DNA from: a virus
Direction: 5' to 3' (one strand)
DNA: 34,297 bases
IMG/VR virus record: IMGVR_UViG_3300008012_000010
The position numbers and the translations under genes are program-made. Positions 33,134-34,297 of the stretch are shown one piece after another. Below the pieces are notes generated by a model. That model had not been told where the DNA came from and searched no databases. It saw nothing but the letters and a program-made list of their open reading frames with translations. Every line of letters starts with the position of its first letter. Within the stretch, counting starts at the first letter, position 1.

Positions 33134-34190
33134 TGTAAATTTCAAGCTGCCAGAGAAATTTGTCAATCTCACCAACAACCACAGCAAATATCTTTTCATC
33201 CTTGGTGGAGCTGGATCTGGCAAGTCAGTCTTTGCATCATTCAAGCTCATCTTGAGATGCATCACTGAGCCAAATCACAGATTTGTGGCTGTGAGAAAAG
33301 TTGCCAAGACAATCAGAGAATCTGTGTTCAAAGAGCTGACAATGAGAATCTCTGAGATGAATCTCACTCAATTCTTTGATATCAACAAGACAGAGATGAA
33401 ATTGCTCTACAAGCCAACTGGCTCTGAGATCATCACATATGGTCTTGATGACCCAGAGAAACTCAAGTCACTTGCCAAGATCACTGGCATATGGATTGAG
33501 GAGCTGTGTCCAGAAGTTGACAAGAACAGCTTTGATCAGCTCATCTTGAGATTGCGTGGTGAAACACCATTCTATAAACAAGTGATTTGCACATTCAATC
33601 CAGTTGATGAGAGGCACTGGTCAAAATCAAGACTTGATGAGCAGAGAGATGGTGATCATGTGCATCACTCAACGATGTTGGACAATCCATTCATTGATCA
33701 AGAGTACATCTCTGAGGTCAAGATGATGGCAAAATCAAATCCAAATTATTACAGAATATTTTATCAAGGTGCATGGGGCAGAGCTGAGGTGCAATCACCA
33801 TATTTCTACAATTTCGAGCTGTCAAAGCACACTGGCAATGTTGAGCTTGATGACAGATTTCCACTGATATTCTCTTTTGACTTCAATGTTGATCCATTTG
33901 TCTGCATCATTGCTCAGATATACAGAGACAGCTCTGGTCATCATGTTCATGTGCTTGATGAGCTGACTCTCTTTGATGGTGATGTTCACAAGATGTGTCA
34001 GAGAATCAAATCAAAGTTTTCAACTGCTCAACTCTCAAGAGCATATTTCACTGGTGATGCCATGCAGCGAAAGAAAGAGATCACTCAACAGAACAACATT
34101 GATGCTTGGCAGATGATCAGATCACAGCTCAATGTGTCAAGCAAGAGAATGGCTGTGCCAAGATCAAACCCAAAAGTCTCAGAGAATAGA
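33126..34190 (+). CDS. terL: Terminase large subunit, ATPase plus most of the nuclease domain, as read in the start-codon frame (354 aa, premature TAG)
   Basis: Manual translation (absent from the track): MADVNFKLPEKF...FILGGAGSGKSVF (Walker A), GIWIEELC (Walker B), ICTFNP, FSFDFNVDP and YFTGDAMQRKK. The frame ends ...RSQLNVSKQENGCAKIKPKSLRE-TAG at 34188-34190, while the homologous sequence continues in the +1 frame. Confidence 0.85.
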
Positions 34191-34297
34191 CACTTGGTGA
34201 ATTTCATATTGAGTCAGCATCCAGATGTGATGATCAATGCAGACAAGTGTCCACAACTGGTGATTGATTGTCAATATGTGGAGGCAGATGATGAAGG
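34141..34297 (+). CDS. terL: Terminase large subunit continuation in the +1 frame (runs off the window and resumes at 2..244)
   Basis: The +1 frame is open from 34117 and reads SKRMAVPRSNPKVSENRHLVNFILSQHPDVMINADKCPQLVIDCQYVEADDEG. This is identical to and continuous with track ORF 20..244 through the terminal repeat. Confidence 0.8.
34176..34297. repeat. Terminal direct repeat, copy 2 (identical to 1-122)
   Basis: See copy 1. Confidence 0.95.

Noticed and set aside
34117-34190. Intein, intron or programmed +1 frameshift as the cause of the terL break
   Set aside because: No extra sequence is inserted, since the two frames join with one nucleotide removed. There is no slippery or stall motif or rare-codon/stop context. 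A simple indel is the more economical explanation, and it is kept as a finding to be checked.
1-34297. Stop-codon reassignment (TAG or TGA recoding, as in some phages of Bacteroidota)
   Set aside because: All recognisable genes are intact and full-length under the standard code with TGA, TAA and TAG stops. The only broken gene (terL) needs a frame change, not a readthrough.

Overview
The window is a complete tailed-phage genome of about 34.2 kb, captured as a circularly closed contig. Bases 1-122 recur exactly at 34176-34297, so the unique length is 34,175 bp, and the terminase large-subunit gene runs across that junction. All of the roughly 55 credible genes lie on the + strand and are tightly packed, with many ATGA/TGATG start-stop overlaps.

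Gene order on the circle:
- terS and terL, then three small proteins.
- A tail assembly chaperone with a lambda G/GT-type -1 frameshift site (A9 run), a TP901-type tape measure and two large tail-tip proteins, ending at an intrinsic terminator.
- A strongly signalled 182-aa structural protein and a GT8-like glycosyltransferase.
- A portal-like protein and a Mu F/SPP1 gp7-like head protein.
- A six-gene glycosyltransferase/sugar-methyltransferase block.
- An acidic protein, scaffold and major capsid protein, followed by a hairpin.
- Connector-like proteins and a tail fibre with a lectin/AbfB-like C-terminal domain.
- A lysis cassette: M15 peptidase plus several membrane proteins.
- A single-gene cassette with its own promoter-like box and terminator.
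- An early/replication module: ERF recombinase, SSB, SF2 helicase, Dam-class N6-adenine methyltransferase, XRE HTH, prim-pol/helicase, an iteron-rich putative origin and VRR-NUC.

I found no integrase, tRNA, CRISPR array or reverse transcriptase. TAnnTTTG boxes and A-rich leaders without Shine-Dalgarno sequences suggest a Bacteroidota (Flavobacteriia-like) host.

Most notable observations:
1. Seven glycan-building enzymes, about 13% of the genome, sit inside the virion morphogenesis module. This is a candidate phage-encoded virion glycosylation system.
2. terL is broken by a single-nucleotide frame shift just upstream of the terminal repeat.
3. An origin-like region next to the primase gene carries 12 GTCAA iterons.
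4. A CpG-rich island covers the receptor-binding end of the tail fibre.

Limits: all functional calls come from motifs read by eye, with no database search. The supplied ORF track has no entries after 33133, so that region was translated manually.
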